Virus record (IMG/VR): IMGVR_UViG_3300006071_000030
Reading direction: 5' to 3' (one strand)
Length of the DNA: 39,019 bases
DNA from: a virus
Within the stretch, counting starts at the first letter, position 1; the number at the start of each line of letters is the position of its first letter. Below, one piece after another: positions 19,491 through 28,091 of the stretch. The notes under the pieces are model-generated. The model did not search any database, was not told the DNA's origin, and was given only the letters and a program-made list of their open reading frames with translations. A program made the translations under genes and the position numbers.

Positions 19491-19876
19491 CGTTCTAAGA
19501 TCCTAGTGGTTGAATAAGGCTCAAGTCTAGTGAAATAATCAATCTTCTTTGCGTACTCTTTACCAGGGAAGTCCTTGCCGAACCAGTCAGCACCAGCAAA
19601 CCAGATATCTGGGGATAAAGCCTTGACGATATTGATCAGTTCTTCATCTGAGTCAAAGAGTAGCGTTTGATCAACATACTTAAAAGCATCAATAACAAAT
19701 TGTCTATCATACTGATTATGGAAAGGTCGATCAGAGCCTTTCTTCTCTTTTACACGCCTATCAGTGTCGATAGCAACAGTTAGGGTGTCACCATGCGATT
19801 TGGCATGTTTTAGAAGTGCTACATGGCCTTTATGAATGACATCAAACGTGCCAGTTAAAAAGATCTTCTTATCCAT
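19487..19876 (-). CDS. cytidylyl/adenylyltransferase-like nucleotidyltransferase (HldC / RfaE domain II-like)
   Basis: N-terminal GTFDVIHKGH (H-x-G-H nucleotidyltransferase motif). 129 aa. Confidence 0.6.
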   Translation of the reverse strand: MDKKIFLTGTFDVIHKGHVALLKHAKSHGDTLTVAIDTDRRVKEKKGSDRPFHNQYDRQFVIDAFKYVDQTLLFDSDEELINIVKALSPDIWFAGADWFGKDFPGKEYAKKIDYFTRLEPYSTTRILER

Positions 19877-20654
19877 TTAGATACTCGTCTACAGTCTTGA
19901 ATTTGTAGTCACCCCACTCTGGCTTAGCACAGGTATACGTCTGATACTTGCCAACCAGGTGTTCTGGGAACGGTACATATTCTATAGCACCGTTATAAAG
20001 GTATGCAACTGACTCAGCAACGTCTTTAAAGCTAATTGGGTTGCTTGTGCCAAGATCATAGATGCCAGAAGGCTTATCGTTGTTGAGAACGATTTCAACA
20101 AGGTCATCAACGCAGACAAAGTCTCTCTTGAAGTTCTCTGAGCCTTCAAACAGCTTTAGAGAGCCTGTCTCTTTAATTTGGGCTGAGAACTTGCTAACAG
20201 GGCTTGCCTGGTCACCTTTACGGCCTTCATAATCACCATATACGTTGAAGTAACGAAAACCTTGGATAAGAGAGAACTTATCCATGTTATCTTGCACCCA
20301 GTAGTCAACTGTCAGCTTTGACATAGCATATTGGTTCTTAGGGTTAGGAATACCCTGCAAATCGCCATAAACGGAAGCAGAAGAAGCATACTTAACAGGG
20401 ATACCAAAAGAGATAGCAATCTCAAAGAGGTCTATCGTGTATTCAACGTTCCAGGCATACAGTTTCTTAACATCCTTTTCAGTAGTGCTGGAGATAGCAC
20501 CCTGGTGCAAAATAAGATCAACTTTATCCCATTCTTTAAAGTTATAAAGGAAGTGATAAGCATCTTCTTTATCAATAGGCAATAAAGGCTTGTTAGAAAG
20601 AACCTTGCTAAAGTTTCTACCAATGAAACCTTCTGAACCAGTCAAAATGATCAT
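19869..20654 (-). CDS. NAD-dependent sugar epimerase, extended SDR (HldD / ADP-L-glycero-D-manno-heptose-6-epimerase-like)
   Basis: N-terminal MIILTGSEGFIGRNF (GxxGxxG Rossmann fold). Catalytic YxxxK in NQYAMSK. Confidence 0.6.
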   Translation of the reverse strand: MIILTGSEGFIGRNFSKVLSNKPLLPIDKEDAYHFLYNFKEWDKVDLILHQGAISSTTEKDVKKLYAWNVEYTIDLFEIAISFGIPVKYASSASVYGDLQGIPNPKNQYAMSKLTVDYWVQDNMDKFSLIQGFRYFNVYGDYEGRKGDQASPVSKFSAQIKETGSLKLFEGSENFKRDFVCVDDLVEIVLNNDKPSGIYDLGTSNPISFKDVAESVAYLYNGAIEYVPFPEHLVGKYQTYTCAKPEWGDYKFKTVDEYLNG

Positions 20655-21379
20655 ATCGTTGTAACCCCTCTATGCTTTACCACTTCAGAAGCGCATTTAT
20701 TAGCATACTCAATGCTTTTGATGATATTGCCGCAATTAGCATACTCAACGACAAGTGCTGCCATGAAAGCATCGCCTGCACCTGAGGAGTCCTTGACTTC
20801 TACCTTGTCAACGTGATAACGGTTACCGTTGTACTCGCAACCATCTCCACCCATCGTATGGATGATCTTCTTCTTGAAAGATTCTGTAACTTTGGGGTCA
20901 GAGTTCTTGTATTCGTAATCGTTGATCTTAATGATGAAAGCCTTTTTGGCCCACTTCCCTAGCTTCTTCTTAGTATCGAGGAATACACGTGGGTGTGACT
21001 TACAAATATCTTTGATGTCGTCTTCTGTTAGATAACCTTTGTTATAGTCAGAAATAACTACAATGTCATATTCGCTGTAATCGATATCGTTTTTAAACCT
21101 ACCATAGTTTGGCTCTGTATCGACTCTAATAAACATGTGGTTAGTTGCTTCATGAACGTATCTTGTCTTAGTAATAGACCGCCAATTATGGTTGGTTCTA
21201 ATGTTGACGTCATCCGCAAACTTTTTGATGTTGTTTAACACGTTCAGTGCCATACCAGGATTCTTTACCTCATGCATGGCGTTTAGCACAGGTACTGGAA
21301 TATCGGGTGCAAGACGCATTGCATCACAATAAACAAATACGTCCATGCAACTTTCACCTATTACTAAAATTTTAGTCAT
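20651..21379 (-). CDS. PfkB-family sugar kinase (HldA / RfaE domain I-like heptose-7-phosphate kinase candidate)
   Basis: C-terminal GAGDAF (the PfkB DxxGAGD signature). N-terminal ILVIGESCMDV glycine-rich motif. Confidence 0.6.
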   Translation of the reverse strand: MTKILVIGESCMDVFVYCDAMRLAPDIPVPVLNAMHEVKNPGMALNVLNNIKKFADDVNIRTNHNWRSITKTRYVHEATNHMFIRVDTEPNYGRFKNDIDYSEYDIVVISDYNKGYLTEDDIKDICKSHPRVFLDTKKKLGKWAKKAFIIKINDYEYKNSDPKVTESFKKKIIHTMGGDGCEYNGNRYHVDKVEVKDSSGAGDAFMAALVVEYANCGNIIKSIEYANKCASEVVKHRGVTTI

Positions 21380-21861
21380 TAGAAAATAGGTAAGCCATCT
21401 TTTTTAAGATAGATCATGGCAGGGGCCTTGATCAAATATGCATCAATCATAGCCTTTTCTGTAGCTTCACGGCTAGTAGGAAAGTAACTTTGTACATTTT
21501 TGAATACCGTAGCTAAGCGTTCAGGGTTGAGCGGACGGTGAGTAGGACCATGCGTTGGATAATCAGAATAACCAACCAACATAACAGGCAAGTTTTGTTC
21601 ATCAATATCAATTTTGACTTGCTCATAAGGTCGTTCGATTACAAAAGGAGTAATTGAATAAACTACTGGACGAAACCCATCGATAGCAAGACCAGCAGCC
21701 AAGCTAGTAATTGATTGCTCAGTGAGACCAAGGTTGAAGAACCGTTCAGGAAACTTTTCTTTGAACTCAGTCATCTCTTGCTCTACGTCGCCTGTAATCA
21801 ATACGATGCGATCATCTTTTTCAGCGAGCTTAACGATTGTCTTACCGAATGCTACTCTCAT
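21379..21861 (-). CDS. transketolase C-terminal subunit (pyrimidine-binding domain only)
   Basis: MRVAFGKTIVKLAEKDDRIVLITGDV ... FFNLGLTEQS matches the N-terminus of transketolase C-terminal subunits. Start taken as ATG 21861, just after the upstream stop (ORF track starts at 21918). Confidence 0.6.
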   Translation of the reverse strand: MRVAFGKTIVKLAEKDDRIVLITGDVEQEMTEFKEKFPERFFNLGLTEQSITSLAAGLAIDGFRPVVYSITPFVIERPYEQVKIDIDEQNLPVMLVGYSDYPTHGPTHRPLNPERLATVFKNVQSYFPTSREATEKAMIDAYLIKAPAMIYLKKDGLPIF

Positions 21862-22610
21862 GCCAGTTCCTCCAATGCTTGCTTTTCTAGGTCTCCACCT
21901 AGCCAATTTGAGTGCCATTTAGGTTGGTTTTCCATAAAGCTTACACCCTTACCCTTGATTGTGTTTGCAACAATCAAAGTAGGAGATACTGCAGCTTCAA
22001 AATTGATGTTGATAAGATCATCGTTGTGACCATCAATTTCATGCACTTCCCAACCAGCAGCTTGTGCAGCAGCAATAAGAGCACGGTCTACGGGCATGAT
22101 TTCGTCAACGTACCCAGAACCCTGGATCTTATTGTTATCTACGATAACAACCAAGTTATTGAGCTTTAGGCGTGCAGCAATAAGAATTGATTCCCAAGTA
22201 GTGCCTTCTTGGCATTCGCCATCACCCATAAGAACAAACACTTTTTCATTTGAGTTGTTGAGCTTACGAGCAAGAGCCATCCCCATAGACACTGGGAAAC
22301 CATGTCCCATGCTACCTGCGGTGCAATAAATGCCATTCTCAGGCTCATAATGAGGGTGACCTTCAAGGGTGGGGTTATAACCTTGTTCACGCAAAAGCAC
22401 ATAGTATGACCAGCAGCTGTGCCCCTTGCTCAAAACAAAACGGTCATTCTTTCCCATGATTTTATCAAAAAGATTGATCAGAATTTCAGTACAACTAAAG
22501 CTACCGCCATAATGATAACCACCATTAGCTTTGCTAATCTCAATAGCATCTCTGCGTACTTGCTTTGATCTTTCGTTTAACATTAATTGGCCTTTCCAGA
22601 TAGATTGCAA
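21858..22610 (-). CDS. transketolase N-terminal subunit (TPP-binding)
   Basis: GGYHYGGSFSCTEIL, KGH, GSMGHGFPVSMGMALA and VLMGDGECQEG are classical TPP-binding motifs. An alternative ATG at 22583 would make a TAATG overlap with the upstream gene. Confidence 0.65.
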   Translation of the reverse strand: MQSIWKGQLMLNERSKQVRRDAIEISKANGGYHYGGSFSCTEILINLFDKIMGKNDRFVLSKGHSCWSYYVLLREQGYNPTLEGHPHYEPENGIYCTAGSMGHGFPVSMGMALARKLNNSNEKVFVLMGDGECQEGTTWESILIAARLKLNNLVVIVDNNKIQGSGYVDEIMPVDRALIAAAQAAGWEVHEIDGHNDDLININFEAAVSPTLIVANTIKGKGVSFMENQPKWHSNWLGGDLEKQALEELA

Positions 22611-23149
22611 ATTAGAATTTTTTTATCTTCATCGTAATCAAACTCACATGCGTTGTCATACTCTTTAATATAGTTAATTAATTTTTGCTTTGTAGTTTCT
22701 TCATCACCAAAATCAAGAGCCATACCACTAGAAGAATCACCAAGCAGATCAATATCATCAATCAGAATAGTGTGAGCTTTGCGAGGGCGAGCAAAGATTA
22801 CGTTTAACTCATCCATCAAAGGAACTGCTGGGTGTTCTACATTCGGGTCACCGCTTGCGCTGTGAGCATCGAGCCAGAAATCTAGCGGGACATCATAAGG
22901 CTCAATCATCTCTGATAATTTTTCTTTTGAGTCGCCTAGAAATAACACTACTCTGTTGTCATTATCAAACTTGCTACAACAATTATCGTAGAAAGATTTA
23001 TTGAACTCAACAGTTATAACCTTTTCATAACCAAGACCAAGTGCTATTTCTACTGTATAGCCATGTTGTGTACCAGTTTCTACAAAGATATTATTTCTCT
23101 TATATTTAGAGAACATCAATGTCATTGCTTCTGTGCTTCTATCTGCCAT
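22583..23149 (-). CDS. class I SAM-dependent methyltransferase (FkbM / sugar O-methyltransferase-like)
   Basis: Motif I FVETGTQHGYTV (VxxGxxxG). 188 aa. Acidic C-terminus. Confidence 0.45.
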   Translation of the reverse strand: MADRSTEAMTLMFSKYKRNNIFVETGTQHGYTVEIALGLGYEKVITVEFNKSFYDNCCSKFDNDNRVVLFLGDSKEKLSEMIEPYDVPLDFWLDAHSASGDPNVEHPAVPLMDELNVIFARPRKAHTILIDDIDLLGDSSSGMALDFGDEETTKQKLINYIKEYDNACEFDYDEDKKILICNLSGKAN

Positions 23150-24159
23150 TATTCCATCTCAATCATTATTCTACCGGCAATGCCGCTTCTAAGTGTATCA
23201 AATGCTTCATTTACTTCGTCAAGTTTATATCTGTGAGTAATGAACTCATCAATATAAAGCTTCCCAGCCTTCTCGAGCTTAACATAACGCAAGATATCGT
23301 TAGAAGGATCTGTCTTGCCACCCTGGGTAGCCTTGATACTAAGACCATTACCATTAAAGAAGCTGAGTGCATTGACGATTTCAAGTGACGTTCCTGGCTT
23401 GGGTTGACCCACAAGAATCATTCGGCCATTGTTAGATAGATAGCCAAAGCTCTTCTTAATAACATCGACGTTTCCAGTCGTATCAATAACAACGTCTACT
23501 TTACCTTCAAACTCTGTTTCTGAAGTGTTGTAAAAGAAGTCAGCACCAGCCATGAATGAAAGGTCGCGCTTGCTTTCATTGTTGTCAATAGCAACAATTG
23601 GGCTAAGGCTACGCATAGCTGCACCTTGGATGAGGTTAAGCCCTACACCACCCGTACCGACAACTGCAACGCTTTCACCAAACTTAAAATCGCACTCATT
23701 GTCGATAATACCTAGTGCGGTAGTCAAACTGCATCCAAGGAGCGCAGCGAGGTCATTAGGGGTCTCTGAAGGGACTGTAGTGAGTCGGTTCTCTGACACG
23801 ATAGCCCACTGAGCAAGAGTATTTACCTTGCCACTACTAAAAGTCTTGTCACCAAGGGTGTACTGAGGAAACGCAGCATCGATACCAGTACCTGGTCGCC
23901 AGTGCATAACAACCTTGTCACCTACTTTAACAGTGGTTACTCCAGGGCCAATGTCTTCTACAATGCCACAACCCTCATGACCCATAAGGTGAGGAAGGAA
24001 CTTGCCATTACCCTTGTTGCCATTGATCTCGTGTAGTTGTGAGCCACAGATACCGCTGACAAGGACACGAACCTGTACTTGACCCACTTGGAGCTCAGTA
24101 AGGCCAACATCTTCAATAGAAAGAGGAGCGTTGAGCTCTTTGAGAACGGCAGCCTTCAT
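23149..24159 (-). CDS. Zn-dependent medium-chain dehydrogenase/reductase (ADH / sugar dehydrogenase)
   Basis: GICGSQLHE and GHEGCGIVEDIG (catalytic Zn site). Rossmann motif VVGTGGVGLNLIQG. Confidence 0.7.
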   Translation of the reverse strand: MKAAVLKELNAPLSIEDVGLTELQVGQVQVRVLVSGICGSQLHEINGNKGNGKFLPHLMGHEGCGIVEDIGPGVTTVKVGDKVVMHWRPGTGIDAAFPQYTLGDKTFSSGKVNTLAQWAIVSENRLTTVPSETPNDLAALLGCSLTTALGIIDNECDFKFGESVAVVGTGGVGLNLIQGAAMRSLSPIVAIDNNESKRDLSFMAGADFFYNTSETEFEGKVDVVIDTTGNVDVIKKSFGYLSNNGRMILVGQPKPGTSLEIVNALSFFNGNGLSIKATQGGKTDPSNDILRYVKLEKAGKLYIDEFITHRYKLDEVNEAFDTLRSGIAGRIMIEME

Positions 24160-25007
24160 TAGATCAACTCGTACAATGACTTGACGGTGCTGAACTTCTT
24201 ATTGATGTCAAATGTTCTAGCCATATCACGGTAAGGAACATTTGTATTAACTCGGTCAAGCAGAGAGATGAACTCACCAACCGTTTCCATGCTCCACTTG
24301 TTAACAGCAGCAATGAAAGGTGCATTTGGTACGCCAACAACTGCCTTACAACGCTTAGCTAGCTTACCAATATCAACCAAAGTCAAATTGTGATCTTGAG
24401 TGCTGCGGTAGCCTTCCACCTTGACAGTAGTAATGACTTTCTTACCCTCATCGGTCAAGTATTGCAGCAATGCAGCAAAGTTCTTGTCTTGTTCTTCTCT
24501 AGACATAAGAAGGACTGGGCTAACAGGGTATCCATTAATTACTAGGCAGTCAAACTCTTCGCCATCGAGTACATCCTCGGCAAAGCACTCTTCATCAAGT
24601 ACAACATCATCAATAGAGTTGAATGGCTTGTTTAGGTGAGGCAAGTTGTACTGGTGCAGGTAGTTACCCATTTCATATACCCACATTGAGTAGCTGCTAA
24701 GGGTGTTGTCCTGCTTCGAGTAGTGGATAGGATCATAAATGCTATCGCCAAGCAAAGCGTGGCACCACAAGTCAATTGAATAACGTGGGTGTGGTGCATC
24801 AATAAAGCTTACGTTTGTATCTTGGATCAGCTCAACAAGTTGAGAACGATACTGAGCAGGAATTAAGATGTTGCATTTAATTTGTTTGTTGTTTTCACAC
24901 AACTTCTTCAAAACATGCAATGCAACAATGCAATCACCATGGCCTTTATCACAATGGAAGTAAAGGTCGTTAGTCATTAACATATCTAAGTTAATTGATT
25001 TATTCAT
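24159..25007 (-). CDS. putative glycosyltransferase, GT9 (heptosyltransferase)-like
   Basis: N-terminal GDCIVALHVLKKL resembles GT9 s-MGDvlhtlP, and C-terminal LVDIGKLAKRCKAVVGVPNAPFIAAV resembles GT9 sL.e.a.l..aklvVs.DtG..HlaAA. Start taken as ATG 25007 (AAGG Shine-Dalgarno); the track start at 25043 would overlap tRNA-Asp. Confidence 0.4.
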   Translation of the reverse strand: MNKSINLDMLMTNDLYFHCDKGHGDCIVALHVLKKLCENNKQIKCNILIPAQYRSQLVELIQDTNVSFIDAPHPRYSIDLWCHALLGDSIYDPIHYSKQDNTLSSYSMWVYEMGNYLHQYNLPHLNKPFNSIDDVVLDEECFAEDVLDGEEFDCLVINGYPVSPVLLMSREEQDKNFAALLQYLTDEGKKVITTVKVEGYRSTQDHNLTLVDIGKLAKRCKAVVGVPNAPFIAAVNKWSMETVGEFISLLDRVNTNVPYRDMARTFDINKKFSTVKSLYELI

Positions 25008-25009
25008 AG

Positions 25010-25083
25010 CGACCTTGATGGGACTCGAACCCACGACCCCCACCGTGACAGGGTGGTGCTCTAACCAACTGAGCTACAAGGCC
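25010..25083 (-). tRNA. tRNA-Asp (GTC)
   Basis: Acceptor GGCCTTG/CAAGGTC (one G-U pair), D-arm GCTC/GAGC, anticodon stem CCACC/GGTGG with loop CTGTCAC, T-arm GTGGG-TTCGAGT-CCCAT. Confidence 0.7.
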
Positions 25084-25092
25084 TAAACTGCG

Positions 25093-25407
25093 TTACTTCT
25101 TAGGCGTAGCCTTCTTGACAGCAGGAGCCTTCTTAGCAACGGGTGCTGGCGTAGGTTCTACGACAACAGCAGCAGTCTTAGGCTGAGGAAGGGTACCAAG
25201 CAACCAACCAAGATTGGGGTACTTCTTCTCCAAGGCAGTGATAGCCGTGTAGTACAGGCCAGAAGCGACAGGTGTCAACGCAGCGAACGTACCGGTGTTG
25301 AACTTACCCCACTTGGTTGCACCCCAAGCGATAAGAGCACCAACGATAGCAGCAACAAAGGCACGGCCTATAGCTCTAGTTGTTGTTGTGTTAATTGGAT
25401 CTGACAT
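25093..25407 (-). CDS. small membrane protein with Lys/Ala/Pro-rich C-terminal tail (104 aa)
   Basis: Two hydrophobic segments, then PTPAPVAKKAPAVKKATPKK. AGGAG Shine-Dalgarno upstream. Confidence 0.55.
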   Translation of the reverse strand: MSDPINTTTTRAIGRAFVAAIVGALIAWGATKWGKFNTGTFAALTPVASGLYYTAITALEKKYPNLGWLLGTLPQPKTAAVVVEPTPAPVAKKAPAVKKATPKK

Positions 25408-25409
25408 TA

Positions 25410-25577
25410 TTTATTCTCCTTGTTGTTTTGGAACTTCACCGACACCTGTACGCCATTAACTTGGGTTCGCAAGCTATTCAAAAGACCAGCCATTGTTTCA
25501 CTGATTTCTTGGCTTGCAAGCTCATCGCTCTGAGCGTCACGAGGGTCATAACTGATTGTAATGACTGCTTTTTTCAT
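25410..25577 (-). CDS. possible small ORF (57 aa), not in ORF track (<60 aa)
   Basis: Translated by hand as MKKAVITISYDPRDAQSDELASQEISETMAGLLNSLRTQVNGVQVSVKFQNNKENK. Its stop overlaps the next start as TAATG. No clear Shine-Dalgarno, so it may be leaderless. Confidence 0.25.
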
Positions 25578-25589
25578 AACTTTATGATA

Positions 25590-25606
25590 TATGCAATATT
25601 TGCATA
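25590..25606. promoter_or_regulatory. 17-bp inverted repeat TATGCAA-tat-TTGCATA (operator-like), inside a weak sigma70-like promoter context
   Basis: Perfect 7-bp arms around a 3-bp centre. On the minus strand it is flanked by TTGATT (-35-like) and TATCAT (-10-like). Confidence 0.35.
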
Positions 25607-25619
25607 AATCAAGCTATTA

Positions 25620-26168
25620 TCAATTATTTGGCAATTCTGTCAAAATATTGAAAGAAGCAGCAAGATCAGCTGGCATCATTTGGTAAGGGTTGCGGTCGAA
25701 TACAATGCCGCCTGCCCACAAGGATTGTGCTACTACGGCACTACAAATCATGGTGTTGCTATTTGTGAACTGCATCTTAATACCAGTCAGCAACTCCAAG
25801 GCAATACTCAAGATGGTTAGGAAACCATACTTATCCTTAATGAAGCTCTTGCAAGCAGAAACCGTTTGATCACGGCTTTGCTTGTTAAGCTTTGTTGTAA
25901 CGTAGTAATACTCTACGTCTTTGTATTCACTAATGTTGCTTACGATAACACCACGGCCAACAGCCTCAACGATGGTTCCACCTTCATCGATGATCATAGC
26001 TGCATGGTTCCAATGAGCAAAAGGCTTCATCTTTCCGTGGTAACGGATGAATTGACCAAAACGAATGAACTTAGCTAGAATGCCCTTAGATGAAACCAGG
26101 ATGAAGTCACCTGGTACATACTTTGTTGGGTCTTGTCCTGCGGCATATACCTTATATGTCGTAGTCAT
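25620..26168 (-). CDS. hypothetical protein; possible permuted papain-fold (NlpC/P60-LRAT-like) hydrolase/acyltransferase
   Basis: His-His region (HWNHAAMIID) precedes a candidate Cys (NTMICSAV), the order seen in LRAT-like permuted NlpC/P60. Motif-level call only. Confidence 0.3.
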   Translation of the reverse strand: MTTTYKVYAAGQDPTKYVPGDFILVSSKGILAKFIRFGQFIRYHGKMKPFAHWNHAAMIIDEGGTIVEAVGRGVIVSNISEYKDVEYYYVTTKLNKQSRDQTVSACKSFIKDKYGFLTILSIALELLTGIKMQFTNSNTMICSAVVAQSLWAGGIVFDRNPYQMMPADLAASFNILTELPNN

Positions 26169-27213
26169 CTACATCACCTTCATATCCATATGTTTCATTC
26201 AAACCAAAGTGATTACTGGCGAACCAGCCCTCTACTGCACCACCATCTGGCACAGACTGACCACCACCACGTGCTTGTGGCAGGTCAACAGCACTTTCAA
26301 CGTCTTCTTCGATTGGCTCATCTACAGTTCTGCTACCAACGGCAATGTTCCCGAATGGAGCAGCTGAAGCATCGCTTTTGACTCGCTCAGTACCCAAATC
26401 TGTACCTTGTTCGTTCCCAGGTTGCGTTACGTACCAGCTAGCACCACTAATTGGAGCTCCACCACCAATACCAGTAGCTGGAGTGGCTTCTTGGTGAAGC
26501 CCACCGTCTCGAGGAGCATCATTGACACTCTGGAACTCGTTTGGTCGGTTAAGAGTGAAAGCACCACCAGTATCGCTGTCAATAGCAACGATCTTGAAAC
26601 CCATAAACAGTTTTGGGTGATTCTTAGCTGGTGCACCACCGTCTAGAGGGGTAGCTCCATCACTATCCATGTCAGTAATGTCACTTGGGGTGTCTTCGTC
26701 AACAGGTTGGCTTTCTTCAGCACCTGGACCATAGACAGTTGGCAAGATTTCACTGGTTGGGTCAGCGTAGTGTACGCTAGCATGCCAACCAAGCGATCCG
26801 TCTTCATTAGGACCGATCGTGTATTGTGGATCGTGGTCTAGTGGTACGTTAAGCTTCTCATCAACACCAGAATCACTGCCGTGTGGCCCCCAGGCGCCTA
26901 CGGTGCCCTCATTCTCTTTGCCAGCCTTAGGTAAACGGATGATTTGTATCTTACGGATGGCATCAGCAGCAGTTACGCTCTCTACGAACTGGTTCCAGAG
27001 AATCTTGTCTCTTGCCATCGTAGCTGAAAGGTTATCACCAAGTTGAAGAGATAGGATAAACCCATCATCCATCAAAGTAACTTCAGGATCAGCAAAGTAT
27101 CCTTCGAACTGCGACATGATTGAACGAACGACTGCGTCCTTGTTATATTCTGAGACATAACGGTTAAAGACGCAGCGAAAGTTCTTGCGCTGAGGAGTAT
27201 TTGCAGATGCCAT
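26152..27213 (-). CDS. acidic Gly/Asp/Pro-rich hypothetical protein (353 aa)
   Basis: Long ORF; disordered, acidic C-terminal half. Confidence 0.55.
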   Translation of the reverse strand: MASANTPQRKNFRCVFNRYVSEYNKDAVVRSIMSQFEGYFADPEVTLMDDGFILSLQLGDNLSATMARDKILWNQFVESVTAADAIRKIQIIRLPKAGKENEGTVGAWGPHGSDSGVDEKLNVPLDHDPQYTIGPNEDGSLGWHASVHYADPTSEILPTVYGPGAEESQPVDEDTPSDITDMDSDGATPLDGGAPAKNHPKLFMGFKIVAIDSDTGGAFTLNRPNEFQSVNDAPRDGGLHQEATPATGIGGGAPISGASWYVTQPGNEQGTDLGTERVKSDASAAPFGNIAVGSRTVDEPIEEDVESAVDLPQARGGGQSVPDGGAVEGWFASNHFGLNETYGYEGDVDDYDI

Positions 27214-27216
27214 ATA

Positions 27217-28083
27217 CTACATACGCGGATACTTGAGCTTTTTAAACCGTTCGAGGCTCATTCCCTCATATCTACGGCACAAAGAGTCAAGTGAAATCTG
27301 CTGGATGTCATAACTACCGTTTTGGACACCATGCTTAACGACAATACCTCTAAAGTGAGCATTGCCTTGTGGTCCCTTGTAGTTTTCATCGTGCAGGTAA
27401 CAAGCACCGGCTACAAGGCCATGCTGTGAGAACGCATCATTCTCATCTCTTCCACCATTTACGTAACGCATGCCATAAAGGAACGTTTGTTGGTGACCCA
27501 TAGTAAATGAGTGGCCGATATTCTTCAGACGAGCATCAATCGTACCACCATAGGGGTTTCCCGTCATAGGGTTATAAAAGAAGTGACTGTAAGCTACACC
27601 ATCAAGCCAAAGAATGTGCTTGAATGGGCTAACTCTCCAACCGCTACGGGCATAGTCAAGGTCATCTGTGCTAAATAGGCCATCAATCTGTGCATCCATC
27701 TCTGTTGCACGGTTGATACGATCTTCGTGGTTACCAAGAAGAATGTGACGCTCTGGGTTCCAGATAGCATGCTTAGACTTACGCTTGTTTTCGTTATAGT
27801 CATAAAGAGGCTGGTTTAGGATGTGCCAGTGTTCATTGGCAGCTTCAATGTCTGCTTTGACACGACGACCCTCCATGCTCTTCTTACCCTTATCGTACAT
27901 TGAAAGGGCTGGCATATCAGCGTGGTCACCAAGGTGAATGATCTTCACATCTTGGTTGTGGAACTCTTCTACAATATAGTTACCGATCCAAGTGAGGTGG
28001 TCGGTTGGGACCCCATCTTTAGCTTGGGTGTCCGGGATAACGATGTGTGTTGCTGGGTCTTTCTCGACAGAGCTATTCGTCAC
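27217..28083 (-). CDS. calcineurin-like metallophosphoesterase
   Basis: LGNHEDRI (GNHE motif) and IHLGDHAD (GD-x-x-D-like motif). 288 aa. Confidence 0.5.
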   Translation of the reverse strand: MTNSSVEKDPATHIVIPDTQAKDGVPTDHLTWIGNYIVEEFHNQDVKIIHLGDHADMPALSMYDKGKKSMEGRRVKADIEAANEHWHILNQPLYDYNENKRKSKHAIWNPERHILLGNHEDRINRATEMDAQIDGLFSTDDLDYARSGWRVSPFKHILWLDGVAYSHFFYNPMTGNPYGGTIDARLKNIGHSFTMGHQQTFLYGMRYVNGGRDENDAFSQHGLVAGACYLHDENYKGPQGNAHFRGIVVKHGVQNGSYDIQQISLDSLCRRYEGMSLERFKKLKYPRM

Positions 28084-28091
28084 ACTATTCC

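Noticed and set aside
24159-25043. ORF-track start at 25043 for the glycosyltransferase-like gene
   Set aside because: It would run 34 nt into tRNA-Asp. The internal ATG at 25007 has an AAGG Shine-Dalgarno and was used instead.
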